The position numbers and the translations under genes are program-made. 42,040 nt of DNA from Trichomonas gallinae (lineage: Eukaryota), in the NCBI GenBank assembly GCA_008369845.1, contig MRSU01001727.1, positions 1 through 42,040 of the forward strand. The letters are read 5' to 3'. The notes beneath the pieces are model-generated. The model saw nothing but the letters and a program-made list of their open reading frames with translations, was not told the origin of the DNA and searched no databases. Below are positions 32,692 through 41,969 of this stretch, in pieces (position 1 is the first letter of the stretch; each line of letters starts with the position of its first letter).

Positions 32692-35600
32692 TTAAACTGG
32701 TGGGGGAGGAGGTGGTATTAAAAGAGATAAAGGAAGAGTTGGGCGTGTTGTCCTTGTCTTCCATTCATCCAAGTTGTGCCTAAGGTTGTCGAGAGGCAAT
32801 AAAAAGTCAGGAATTATCTTCGATGAAATTTCGAAGAATGGAAGACAAACGTTTCTATAGAATCCAATCTGTGAGTTTGCTCTGTCTAAGTGGTCTCTAT
32901 CATTCATAGGTGATGTGTATTTCATTCCTGCAGCTTTCTCCAAGTCACCTTGTCTGAAGAATTCTTCGCAAAGAACACCACACCATCTGTCAGCTAATTC
33001 GAATGAACGCGCAACGCTAGAAATGTCAGACAGTTTGATGATCATCTGCAAAACTGTTAAACGTAGGTTTCCTTCATTTCTCCAATTTTTGTTGTTGTCA
33101 ACGATATCCTTCAAAATAGACATGATATCAAAGTGTCTCGCCATGTCTGTTGACAAGATTAAGTCGATGACAAGCTGCCACATTTTTGACAATTCATCGA
33201 CATTCTTGAAAACATTCGAGTCTCTGCGCGATATAACATCAATGCAAACAGTGCAATGATGTGTTTCCATGACTGATTGGTTCTTGAATAGAATGCCAAG
33301 AGGAGTCTGTGCTTCAACATTGTAGGCGTTAGTGAATCCATCATGATTAGCATCATGGAAAAGACAAGAAACGATCATTGCCAAAATTTCAAATTTTGTC
33401 AAATTATTTTTCATTTTCCTCATGATGAATGACGCGAATTGAAGAACATCAACTGCATGAATGAAGTTGTGATAAGGAACATTGTTATATGATTCTCTGC
33501 AAGAATGTAACATCCTGAAAAGTGTCTCAGAACTGATCTTGAATTCTTTGAAAATTTCGAAATCGTTGCATATATCGAAAACGACTCTGAATAAACCAAA
33601 TCCTTCAAACAAATTCGCATCGAAATTAATTGATTGTATAATCTCACGCTCTGTGTTATCCACAGAAAGCTTTGGAGGAACACCAAGCATTTCTCTTTCC
33701 GTGTTAGGAATGAATGATGTCATTTCAACTTCAGCGCCACCAACCAGAGCCAGTCTCTTAATTGCTGATCGTTCAAGACAAATGGATAAGAACAATGAGT
33801 AGCTTTCCAACAACCTCAAATCATCATAATTAAATGCTGGGGAGTTCTTCTTCCATTGCATTACGACAGCGCCTAAAATCACTTTGTCAGTAGATATGAT
33901 GGGAACTGCCATTGCAGACTTTTCAGCTTTTTCGTTGTCATTTTGTATTATAGACTGTCTTTGGTTGATTGTTTTATTGACAAGCTCATTCCTCAAAACT
34001 TCATCAGCTGATAGATCGCTTTGACCTGGTTGCTTTCCTCTTATCAATCTCATGATTATCGCGCGTTTTACAGACACTTGTACTTCATGTTCTGATTCGC
34101 TTTTCAATCGCGCGAAATATTCAACTTTGCTCTGATAGTCTTCATCAATGACAGTTGGCTTCTCTGCTACACCATTCTCTTCAACAATATAAATTGCTCC
34201 TGTGACAGCACTCAAAACTTGTCTCGTTGATTTCAAGATATCTTCTAAAATCTTTTTCGCTGATGATGTTTGTGTTATTGTCTGCGAAATTTCCATGAAT
34301 GTTCTCAAGTGGAGGCTGAGATCTAGTGCAGCTCTGTACAACTGAGCGTTATCCAGTGATATTCCTGTGAAAACATTAAATATCTCAATGAGTCTTGAGT
34401 CTTCATCAGTGAAGAATCCATCGATTTTGTTTATCATCTCTGTGACTCCTTTTACTTGTCCTTTCTTGTCGAAAATTGGAACACATAATATAGTGACTGT
34501 CCTGAAACCTGTCTTAAGATCTTGCGTTCTGTTGAATCTCGGGTCTTCATAAGCATCTTTTACATTCACGACTTCGCCAGTTGTCGCACAAGCACCTACT
34601 ACACCACTTCTAAATGGAACTTCAATTCCACCTTTAACGCCACCACTAAAGGCTGTGATAAGCTTATCTCTTGCATCATTGGCGATGAATAGTGAACATC
34701 TGGACGCTTTGACTAGGTCACAAGCTTTGCTCATGATTTTTGGAATCAAATCTTCGAATTTCAATTCTCCGCTCAATATTTCTGCGACTTCTAACAACAT
34801 CTTCAAGTCTCCTTGCTTCTTCATGCTGTCCTCCAGCTGTTGGTGGCTCCTCTCAGCACTCATCGCACTGTTGAGGGATGTGATGACATAAGGAACAATT
34901 CTCGACAAAATTTTTTCATCGTGTTCTGTGAAAAATCTTGGCAACCTTTTTCCTCTCAAAACAACCGAATATATCATCGGAGAGTCCTGGTCACGGATAG
35001 GAATGGATAATACAGAATAATCACCGTTGATGTCTGACTTCTCGAAAAAAGCTGAATGAACTCTTGCTGATGTTACTGAAACCGGAACTTGCTTTCTCAA
35101 ACTGAAGCCTGCAATTCCAGCTTCACTTGCTGGAACATCTGTTGGGACATCAGCTGTTGTTGTGAACTTGGAGATGATGTTTGATTGTGTGTTATATGCC
35201 CATAACTCAGCATCATGGCAGTTAAATATTTTAGTTAATTTTTCGGAAACTTTTTCGATAAATTGTCTGAGTCTTGTTGTTTGTATCAGCTCAGAGATCA
35301 TCATGTCATCGACAATTGGCTGGAACATCCATGGCGAATATTTCTTGCACTTATCTTGGAAATATTTAACGAATTCTTCGTCAACATGGTTAAAAATCTG
35401 CGAATTTTTCGATCGAACGACTTGTACAACAGCTTTGACGTTGTTGCTGACGTCAAACAATGGAAAAGATAATAGATGAGAGTCGGGTGGTATCATATTT
35501 CCTTCATATTGTGGAGAATAGCTTTCATGCAATGATATTGATGCAACATTTAAAATTTCTCGAGAAAATTGAGTGAAACCAACAGTACCAGCACCATGAG

Positions 35601-36177
35601 GTACTGTATTAGTCTTCGATGGACAATATAACGTTTTCACTGAGGCAATATCATGATAAAAATAAACAGCATCAGCAAGATAATAGTATTGTAGTGTTAC
35701 TTCGACTAATTTGTGCAAAGCATCTGTAGATGAGTTAGAAACTATCTTATCAAACGTCTCTTCCATTTTTAAGTGATGAAGATATTTCTCGTTATTTCTT
35801 CCAGTGTCGACTTTCTCGATTTCGAATAAAGAATAAGTATCTTCTTTTGCTACTTTACGCGATCGTGGCGATGTTAGCTGGCTGCTCGTTCGAACTGATT
35901 GTAATGCGAATGATGGTTTTTCTTTTATAGGCGTACCCTTGATTTTTTCAATCTTTTCTTGTCGTTTCTTAGTAAGTTTCTGAGAAAGATAAGGTGCGAA
36001 TTGGTCTATTGGCTTTGGTGGAGGTGTTGCATCAGTATAAAAATTTTGCATGGGGTGAGTTTCAGTTATTACGACAGAAGACACACTTGGAGGTGACTGC
36101 AGAACCTTGCTCACTGACCTTCTCGTTGTTGTTGCAGATTCAACACCCATGCGGCGAATTATTTTCGCCGATGACAT
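32692..36177 (-). CDS. GAF-domain class I cyclic nucleotide phosphodiesterase
   Basis: Several GAF domains (NVKDAYEDPRFN, NKIDGFFTDED); catalytic YHNFIHA, HDANHDG, ETHH, TDMARH, DISS and EEFFRQGD. Start could be 36177 (Inr-like TCATA) or 36288. Confidence 0.95.
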   Translation of the reverse strand: MSSAKIIRRMGVESATTTRRSVSKVLQSPPSVSSVVITETHPMQNFYTDATPPPKPIDQFAPYLSQKLTKKRQEKIEKIKGTPIKEKPSFALQSVRTSSQLTSPRSRKVAKEDTYSLFEIEKVDTGRNNEKYLHHLKMEETFDKIVSNSSTDALHKLVEVTLQYYYLADAVYFYHDIASVKTLYCPSKTNTVPHGAGTVGFTQFSREILNVASISLHESYSPQYEGNMIPPDSHLLSFPLFDVSNNVKAVVQVVRSKNSQIFNHVDEEFVKYFQDKCKKYSPWMFQPIVDDMMISELIQTTRLRQFIEKVSEKLTKIFNCHDAELWAYNTQSNIISKFTTTADVPTDVPASEAGIAGFSLRKQVPVSVTSARVHSAFFEKSDINGDYSVLSIPIRDQDSPMIYSVVLRGKRLPRFFTEHDEKILSRIVPYVITSLNSAMSAERSHQQLEDSMKKQGDLKMLLEVAEILSGELKFEDLIPKIMSKACDLVKASRCSLFIANDARDKLITAFSGGVKGGIEVPFRSGVVGACATTGEVVNVKDAYEDPRFNRTQDLKTGFRTVTILCVPIFDKKGQVKGVTEMINKIDGFFTDEDSRLIEIFNVFTGISLDNAQLYRAALDLSLHLRTFMEISQTITQTSSAKKILEDILKSTRQVLSAVTGAIYIVEENGVAEKPTVIDEDYQSKVEYFARLKSESEHEVQVSVKRAIIMRLIRGKQPGQSDLSADEVLRNELVNKTINQRQSIIQNDNEKAEKSAMAVPIISTDKVILGAVVMQWKKNSPAFNYDDLRLLESYSLFLSICLERSAIKRLALVGGAEVEMTSFIPNTEREMLGVPPKLSVDNTEREIIQSINFDANLFEGFGLFRVVFDICNDFEIFKEFKISSETLFRMLHSCRESYNNVPYHNFIHAVDVLQFASFIMRKMKNNLTKFEILAMIVSCLFHDANHDGFTNAYNVEAQTPLGILFKNQSVMETHHCTVCIDVISRRDSNVFKNVDELSKMWQLVIDLILSTDMARHFDIMSILKDIVDNNKNWRNEGNLRLTVLQMIIKLSDISSVARSFELADRWCGVLCEEFFRQGDLEKAAGMKYTSPMNDRDHLDRANSQIGFYRNVCLPFFEISSKIIPDFLLPLDNLRHNLDEWKTRTTRPTLPLSLLIPPPPPPV

Positions 36178-36714
36178 TGTATGATTTCCGATTTTTTTGA
36201 AAGGAAAAGTGTCAGGCAAATTTTCTGAATTCAGAATTTTCAAAGATTTCTGACTGTTTTTCCTACTACAGACAGCATATTTAGACATTTTACACCATAT
36301 ATCTTAGTAATATAATAAGAATTTACTATTTTTATAAATTTCGAACTCATTGATCAATTTTTATTGAATAATTGCATGATGAATATTGCATAATAAATGT
36401 GTATATACCATTTATTACTGTGAATAACTCATAATAACAATTGGAAAAAAATTGTCAATGTAAAGTGACAAATTTTCATTTTGTCAAAAATTTATTTTCA
36501 AAAGAAATATAAATTTTTAATTATCTATTTGTCAATGAATTCATATTTTTAAAAAATTTGTAGTGAACAGAAAAAAGAGCTCAAAAACCGACATGTTTAC
36601 ATGGCAGATTTTCATAGATTCGACACTTAAATTCATAATAGAATACAAGAGCACAGCAAGATGAAGTTCTACTATTTAAGTTAATATCGCAGAATTAAAG
36701 TAAAATATTGATGT

Positions 36715-36822
36715 TTCTAGACTTTGTGGAAATATCAGGAATTATTAATGCTATATCGACTGTCTTCTGATGAATAGTGGGTGTGGCATCAATAATTCTT
36801 GATATTTCCACAAAGTATAGAA
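36715..36822 (+). ncRNA. Long hairpin HP1 (candidate hairpin RNA)
   Basis: 36715-36763 pairs with 36774-36822 without bulges: 41 WC, 5 G-U, 3 mismatches, 10-nt loop. The inverted repeat is certain; RNA status is inferred. Confidence 0.55.
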
Positions 36823-36850
36823 TCACAAATTATCCGCGCTAATATGTTGC

Positions 36851-36947
36851 TTTTTCGGTGCTATCACAGCTCTGCTCTATCATGTGGGGATATTCCATGA
36901 TGTATCGACCCCACATGATGAAGCAGAACTGTGATAGCACCGAAAAA
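36851..36947 (+). ncRNA. Long hairpin HP2 (candidate hairpin RNA)
   Basis: 36851-36889 pairs with 36909-36947: 36 WC, 1 G-U, 2 C-A, 19-nt loop. Strand is not resolvable from this stem alone. Confidence 0.5.
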
Positions 36948-37148
36948 CATCTCTTAAAAAAGGCGAATGTGTTGATGCCAAACCAATTTTTATGAAATCA
37001 AATGATTTCTGCAGTTAATATGTCTAATTGATATCATTATAATTTTAAAATTCATGAGTTTGAGAAATCAAAAAGTGTCAAAACCGTTAAAATTGAGAAC
37101 TGCGGGTAATTGAGAGACTATTCAAATTTTACTGTGAAACAAATATTA

Positions 37149-38909
37149 ATGAGTTTTCCATCATTAAGACATGCTTTCACATCTGATAACCTTTTGAATA
37201 TGGAGAATGATGAAGTCTTAAGTCAACTGGTACCACTGAATGATGTTCCTTCCACTCACGATTATTATGAGAGAGCAAATAATTTTTTGGAGAAGCAAAA
37301 GAGTCAGAAATTCTTCATAGAAGCAGAGCCTGAAAGTAACTTAATTCAAGATTACATGAAAAATGAACCTAAAATAAGATCAGTGCCGAATAAGAATTTT
37401 CCAAGTCTAATAAATCATCCCGAAACTAAATCGACACCTAAGAGGCCAAGCACAAAGAGAGAAAAACGATATTCGACGCCTATTCCTAAAACAGCATTTG
37501 ATATTGACTCTTGGAGAAATCAAGAAACATATCTCAAAGCGTTAGATGAGATTAGGAACCTGCCATTTACATTAGAACCATATAGGGATGAATCTATTAA
37601 GCAATTCAATGATCAAATGATAAATATTATTATTGAAATGAATTCTGCTAAGCTAATTAACCCATTTTCAAGGTCCCATGTTTATTCTAAATCAGCAATG
37701 AACTACTTTAATTCAGCAATAAAGTCTCTAAGAAAGAGATTTATTGGAAATTTGATTTCAAAAAACAGAATTATCACAGATTTCCTGAATTCTACGCTAA
37801 GAATGGAGTTTATAATAGAAGAAAATAAACCCATTGAAGAGCCAAAGGCTATTACAGAAGAAAAATTAATGAAGAAACAAATTAATGAAATTACAAGTCA
37901 ATTCCCTCCTTCATATCAGCCACACATAGATACACTTCCAAAGCCTGAAGATCTTCTAAGAGAAAAGAAGAATTTAGCGAAATCTCAACCGGTAACTCCG
38001 GTAAAGGATTCTTCGAAAAAGCTTATAAGAAAAAAGACAACAAGAAGCAGCTGTATTTATAAATCCACTCCAATAATTCCTTTAAGTCATTCATCTCTTC
38101 TTCCAAATTTAAATATGTCGAGAAGTGATTTAATTTCGACATATTTTGATCAATGCGATCCTCTGTTAACACGTACGAAAAGCAGAGCAAATCTTGCGAC
38201 TCAATTATCATCTATTGCTGATTCAGCAAATTTTGAATTTGATTTATCGCATGAAATAGATTTCGAAGTACCACAAGTAGACATTAGTGTCTCACAGCAG
38301 CATGATAGAAAGAACATTTTCGAAGATAAACTTCCAGAATATTCACTACAATGTTCGCAAAATGAAGAAGAAGAAAAAGCTGAAGAAATCAATGTAGATT
38401 TAATGAACAAACCGAGAAGCACAGCAGAGAGGGATGCCACAATAAAGATGATCATGTCTTCACCATTGATTGCTTCACTTCTTTCGGACGAAAATGTTGA
38501 TGAAAATTTGCATGAAAGACTCAATTACATTTTCGATGAATTCGGGTTCTCAACTAAGCAGAGGATAGAAATGGCAGTCAAATACTCAGACTATGAATCG
38601 AATGGACTATCAATGAATGAAGCAGTCTTGAATTGGGAAGCAATACTCAAAGCAGTCAAGAATTATGATACAGTTTACAAAGGCATCAAAAAAAGCATGA
38701 AAACTGTCGCATCCTCAAATCTTTCTGATGAAACATATACTAATCATGTCAGGCTAACATTGAATACAGCAGAGAACAATGTGAAAGCAATTTTGAACAG
38801 ATATAGAGAAATGATTGGTGGACATTTGGTAATTCGTGGAAATGACATCGAATATATATTCAGTAAAAGGAACAAAAAATTAAATAATTGGCTCAAAAAT
38901 AGCAACTAA
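37149..38909 (+). CDS. Hypothetical protein with a CCDC87/MAP65-like C-terminal domain
   Basis: LHERLNYIFDEFGFSTKQRIEMAVKYS..WE and G.HLVIRG...W resemble my recollection of the CCDC87 C-terminus; first ATG at 37149. Confidence 0.55.
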   Translation: MSFPSLRHAFTSDNLLNMENDEVLSQLVPLNDVPSTHDYYERANNFLEKQKSQKFFIEAEPESNLIQDYMKNEPKIRSVPNKNFPSLINHPETKSTPKRPSTKREKRYSTPIPKTAFDIDSWRNQETYLKALDEIRNLPFTLEPYRDESIKQFNDQMINIIIEMNSAKLINPFSRSHVYSKSAMNYFNSAIKSLRKRFIGNLISKNRIITDFLNSTLRMEFIIEENKPIEEPKAITEEKLMKKQINEITSQFPPSYQPHIDTLPKPEDLLREKKNLAKSQPVTPVKDSSKKLIRKKTTRSSCIYKSTPIIPLSHSSLLPNLNMSRSDLISTYFDQCDPLLTRTKSRANLATQLSSIADSANFEFDLSHEIDFEVPQVDISVSQQHDRKNIFEDKLPEYSLQCSQNEEEEKAEEINVDLMNKPRSTAERDATIKMIMSSPLIASLLSDENVDENLHERLNYIFDEFGFSTKQRIEMAVKYSDYESNGLSMNEAVLNWEAILKAVKNYDTVYKGIKKSMKTVASSNLSDETYTNHVRLTLNTAENNVKAILNRYREMIGGHLVIRGNDIEYIFSKRNKKLNNWLKNSN

Positions 38910-39130
38910 AATTTGTTTTGTATTGTTATATATCATTGTGTAAACAGAGTATTTTGCGTTTATTTTTTAAACAATCAACTTTGAATCAATAGTAACTATT
39001 ATTATGAATTTTCGTCATTTTTCGATCGTATACATCTATAATATTAATAATAATATAGGTTGCAGCATTTTCAGACTAACATATTTAATAGTCATGATAT
39101 TCGAAAAATATAATTAAGTTCGATCTTATT

Positions 39131-40270
39131 TTATTCTTGCAAAAACTTATCAACTATTTCCTGATGATTTTGATTTCGTTCCTCATCTTCATATTCTTTA
39201 CAGTCTTCAAGTATTAATAAGGTATCACCATCTTCAAACCCATCAATCATTTTATTAATGTTTGAACATATTTCTTCGAAAATGTCTCGCGCATCTTTAT
39301 CATCCGAGAAATATTCATCAAAACTATCAAGAAAAATATTACTGAGATTTTCATTAAGCTTCATTTCAGCAATAATATTCTTGAAATCTTGTTGAACTTG
39401 TGTTTTAGAATCAATGATTTTCCCTGTTTTTGATTGTTTGTTTTTCCCTGTTTTTGATTGTGTACTGTTCTGCATATCAAACAACTTTAGTTCGTATTCT
39501 TGGAGAATGTCTTGCAAATTAGACGCTGTTTTCAGATCTAAATTTACCTGATATTGTTTGCTGCAATATCTTTTAATAATATCATTATATTGGCATAACT
39601 GATATAAATTGGACCAAGATTTAAGTAGATTTTTTCTGGACTTGCCTTCTAACGATGATTTTTAGATATTTCATTTGAGTAGACAACATCGGAAGGTTAG
39701 GATGTTCCGAATATTGCTCCATGAATCCTTTGATTGCTTTCTTAGATATGATTACACATGTTTCAAATGTTTGAGTCCTTCTAAAATATTCGAAAAAGCT
39801 CAATGCTGTGCAAAGGATATCGTATGATGCATATAAGAGGATATCCTTATATCCTTGGACAGATTCTTCATGTGTTTTTCATTCGTGCAAATCTTTCTGG
39901 AAAGCTAACTTCTTTCTTTTGCTTCACAGAATTCCTTGCTTCTAATGAAAATTCTATGTCTGGCTTAAGTTTCTGTATAACTTTTGCCAAAGATATATGA
40001 TTTTTTTTGAGTTGTTTATCAAATACATTTTCGACTTTAGAAAGAAATCCATTATTGAGAAGTGATGATAAATCACGATGATGGTCAAACATTACAAGGT
40101 AAGATTTCTTCATCGATATCGATTGAAAAGTACGCAACTGCAGAGGGTTCACTATCTAATCTTTTTATTTCTTTTTCGCAATAGCTTATCAAATCTGATC
40201 TGTTCTGCTCTTTATAGACAATTTTATGTTCTACACCTGTTATTTGGCACTTAATCACTTTGGGAAACAT
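39131..40270 (-). pseudogene. Fragmented hypothetical gene
   Basis: Four consecutive same-strand ORF pieces (40085-40270, 39868-40152, 39621-39803, 39131-39517) separated by stops or frameshifts; TCATT just upstream of ATG 40270; 24-bp internal duplication (QSKTGK x2). Confidence 0.6.
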
Positions 40271-40430
40271 AATTAAAAATGATCGGTGGTAGTCAAAAAA
40301 ATTCAAATCAATTTTTGACTTTACAAGATTAAATTCAGGGAAATGAGGTGAATTGACTTTACATGCCAGATTTATTGATTTTTGTCAAGTAATTTGTCAG
40401 AAAAATTATTGATATTTGCTTTAAGAAAGC

Positions 40431-40545
40431 TCAACGTGGAAATCTGGGTGGTGGAGCTATTGCGTTCTCACTGTGGCTCCACCGTCAAGATTTCCTCGTT
40501 GAAATTCGCTCAAAGTCCTGGTGAAACTTTCTGTTGTCGGGACTT
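40431..40545 (+). ncRNA. Two-hairpin structured element HP3+HP4 (candidate ncRNA)
   Basis: 40431-40462/40471-40502: 25 WC, 4 G-U, 3 mismatches. 40513-40524/40534-40545: 8 WC, 4 G-U. No A-C pairs; GC-rich island in an AT-rich spacer. Confidence 0.6.
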
Positions 40546-41068
40546 CTACCATAAATACATTTACCAATTAAAAAAAAAGTAGTCAGGTAAATATTTTTAC
40601 ATGACGGACAGTTATATTTAGGGAATATTTGTATGATTCACATGTAATGATTTGTCACTTTCCTAAAGTGATTATGTCAAAAAAATTTACGAAACTTGAT
40701 TATTTTAAACAATCGCCTTTATAGACGTAGGGATGCAAAGCATGCTTTGGCGCCAAATGTCAATTTTTCCAATCCTACCCTCATCTAGATTATTTCACGC
40801 TACAAAAAATTACGTGTCAGATACGCCCCCTTCTAAAAAAAATTTTATTTCCATCCAGAAACCAAAATATCTTCCAAAGTTGCAACCCTAATAGACGTTT
40901 TTACTCCACCATTGTTGGCATAAAGTGAAGTTAATGCAATGTTTATAGTAGTCAGCAAATGTTGAAATAAATATAGATTTTTTTTATAAGTCTATTTAAT
41001 GCATGTTTTAGTATTTATGTTGTATTGAAAGCATAAATAAGATATATTCTATTTACATTTCTTATATT

Positions 41069-41926
41069 TTAAGTAGATTTAATATTTTTCCTTGCATCCA
41101 TGATCATTTCAGAAAGTTTGGTATGTAATTCCGATGGGGCACAAAGTATATCAAGTGCAGGTCTTCTTAATGATTCCTTTGTGAATGGTTTTGAATCATA
41201 ATGAGAAACAACTGCACCAGCTTCTTCAGCAATGATCCATGATGCTGCTACATCCCATATATGAGGTCCACACTCCCAATATCCATCAAATCTTGATGCT
41301 GCAACATAACACATATCTAAACAAGTTCCACCCCATCTTCTGATATCGCGGACTTTAGGAAGGATATAACTTATCTCTGTAATATTGTTATCAGGGTTCC
41401 AAAGATGATCAGATGAAAATCCTGTTGCAATTAAACAATCAACTAACTTTTCTCTTCTTCTTACATGAATTTGCTTAACTTCATTGTTGCTCTCAAGATA
41501 AGCACCTTTGCCTTTGATGGCCCAAAACATTTCATTCCTGTTAGGATCGAAGATGCAGCCTGCAATTGATCTGTGATTTGCGTCAAGAACTCCAATTGAC
41601 ACTGAAAAGTATGGAACACCACATGAAAAGTTAGTTGTACCATCAAGCGGGTCCGCACAAAACCAGATTTCATCTGGTCCTCTAATTTTTGGAGGAATAT
41701 CATTACCTTCTTCTGAAATCATACCAGCATCGGGGAAGTGTTTAGAAAGTTCTGTCCTAAGATGCTGATCGCTATCCAAATCAGCTTGAGTAACAATATC
41801 TGCAGCAGATGACTTCGTCATCTCTGTGAAATCATGCGTGTTGTAGTGCTTCATGATTATTTCGCCGCATTCTCGCGCAATTCGCTTGATTTCGGGTAAT
41901 ATACCTTCAAGAAATTCACCGATCAT
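41069..41926 (-). CDS. Inositol monophosphatase family protein (SuhB-like)
   Basis: DIVTQAD, SEE, DPLDGTTNF, LDMCYVAASRFDGYWE and WDVAA motifs. Confidence 0.95.
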   Translation of the reverse strand: MIGEFLEGILPEIKRIARECGEIIMKHYNTHDFTEMTKSSAADIVTQADLDSDQHLRTELSKHFPDAGMISEEGNDIPPKIRGPDEIWFCADPLDGTTNFSCGVPYFSVSIGVLDANHRSIAGCIFDPNRNEMFWAIKGKGAYLESNNEVKQIHVRRREKLVDCLIATGFSSDHLWNPDNNITEISYILPKVRDIRRWGGTCLDMCYVAASRFDGYWECGPHIWDVAASWIIAEEAGAVVSHYDSKPFTKESLRRPALDILCAPSELHTKLSEMIMDARKNIKST

Positions 41927-41962
41927 TTTTTTAAAAAAAAAAAAGATTTTGAATGAAAAAGG

Positions 41963-41968
41963 AAAAAA
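41963..41968 (-). terminator. Pol III oligo-T terminator of the tRNA
   Basis: TTTTTT on the - strand, one base after the discriminator. Confidence 0.7.
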
Positions 41969-41969
41969 G

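Noticed and set aside
36767..36773. CTGATGA in the HP1 loop as a hammerhead core or C/D box
   Set aside because: No stem II followed by GAAA, and no downstream box D pairing with a box C
36715..36952. H/ACA snoRNA reading (AAATTA hinge, ACA after HP2)
   Set aside because: The stems lack the large internal pseudouridylation pockets, and these short boxes are common in AT-rich DNA
40382..40582. 66-aa ORF over HP3/HP4
   Set aside because: TTG start with no ATG and no recognisable motif; the fold-back explains the sequence better
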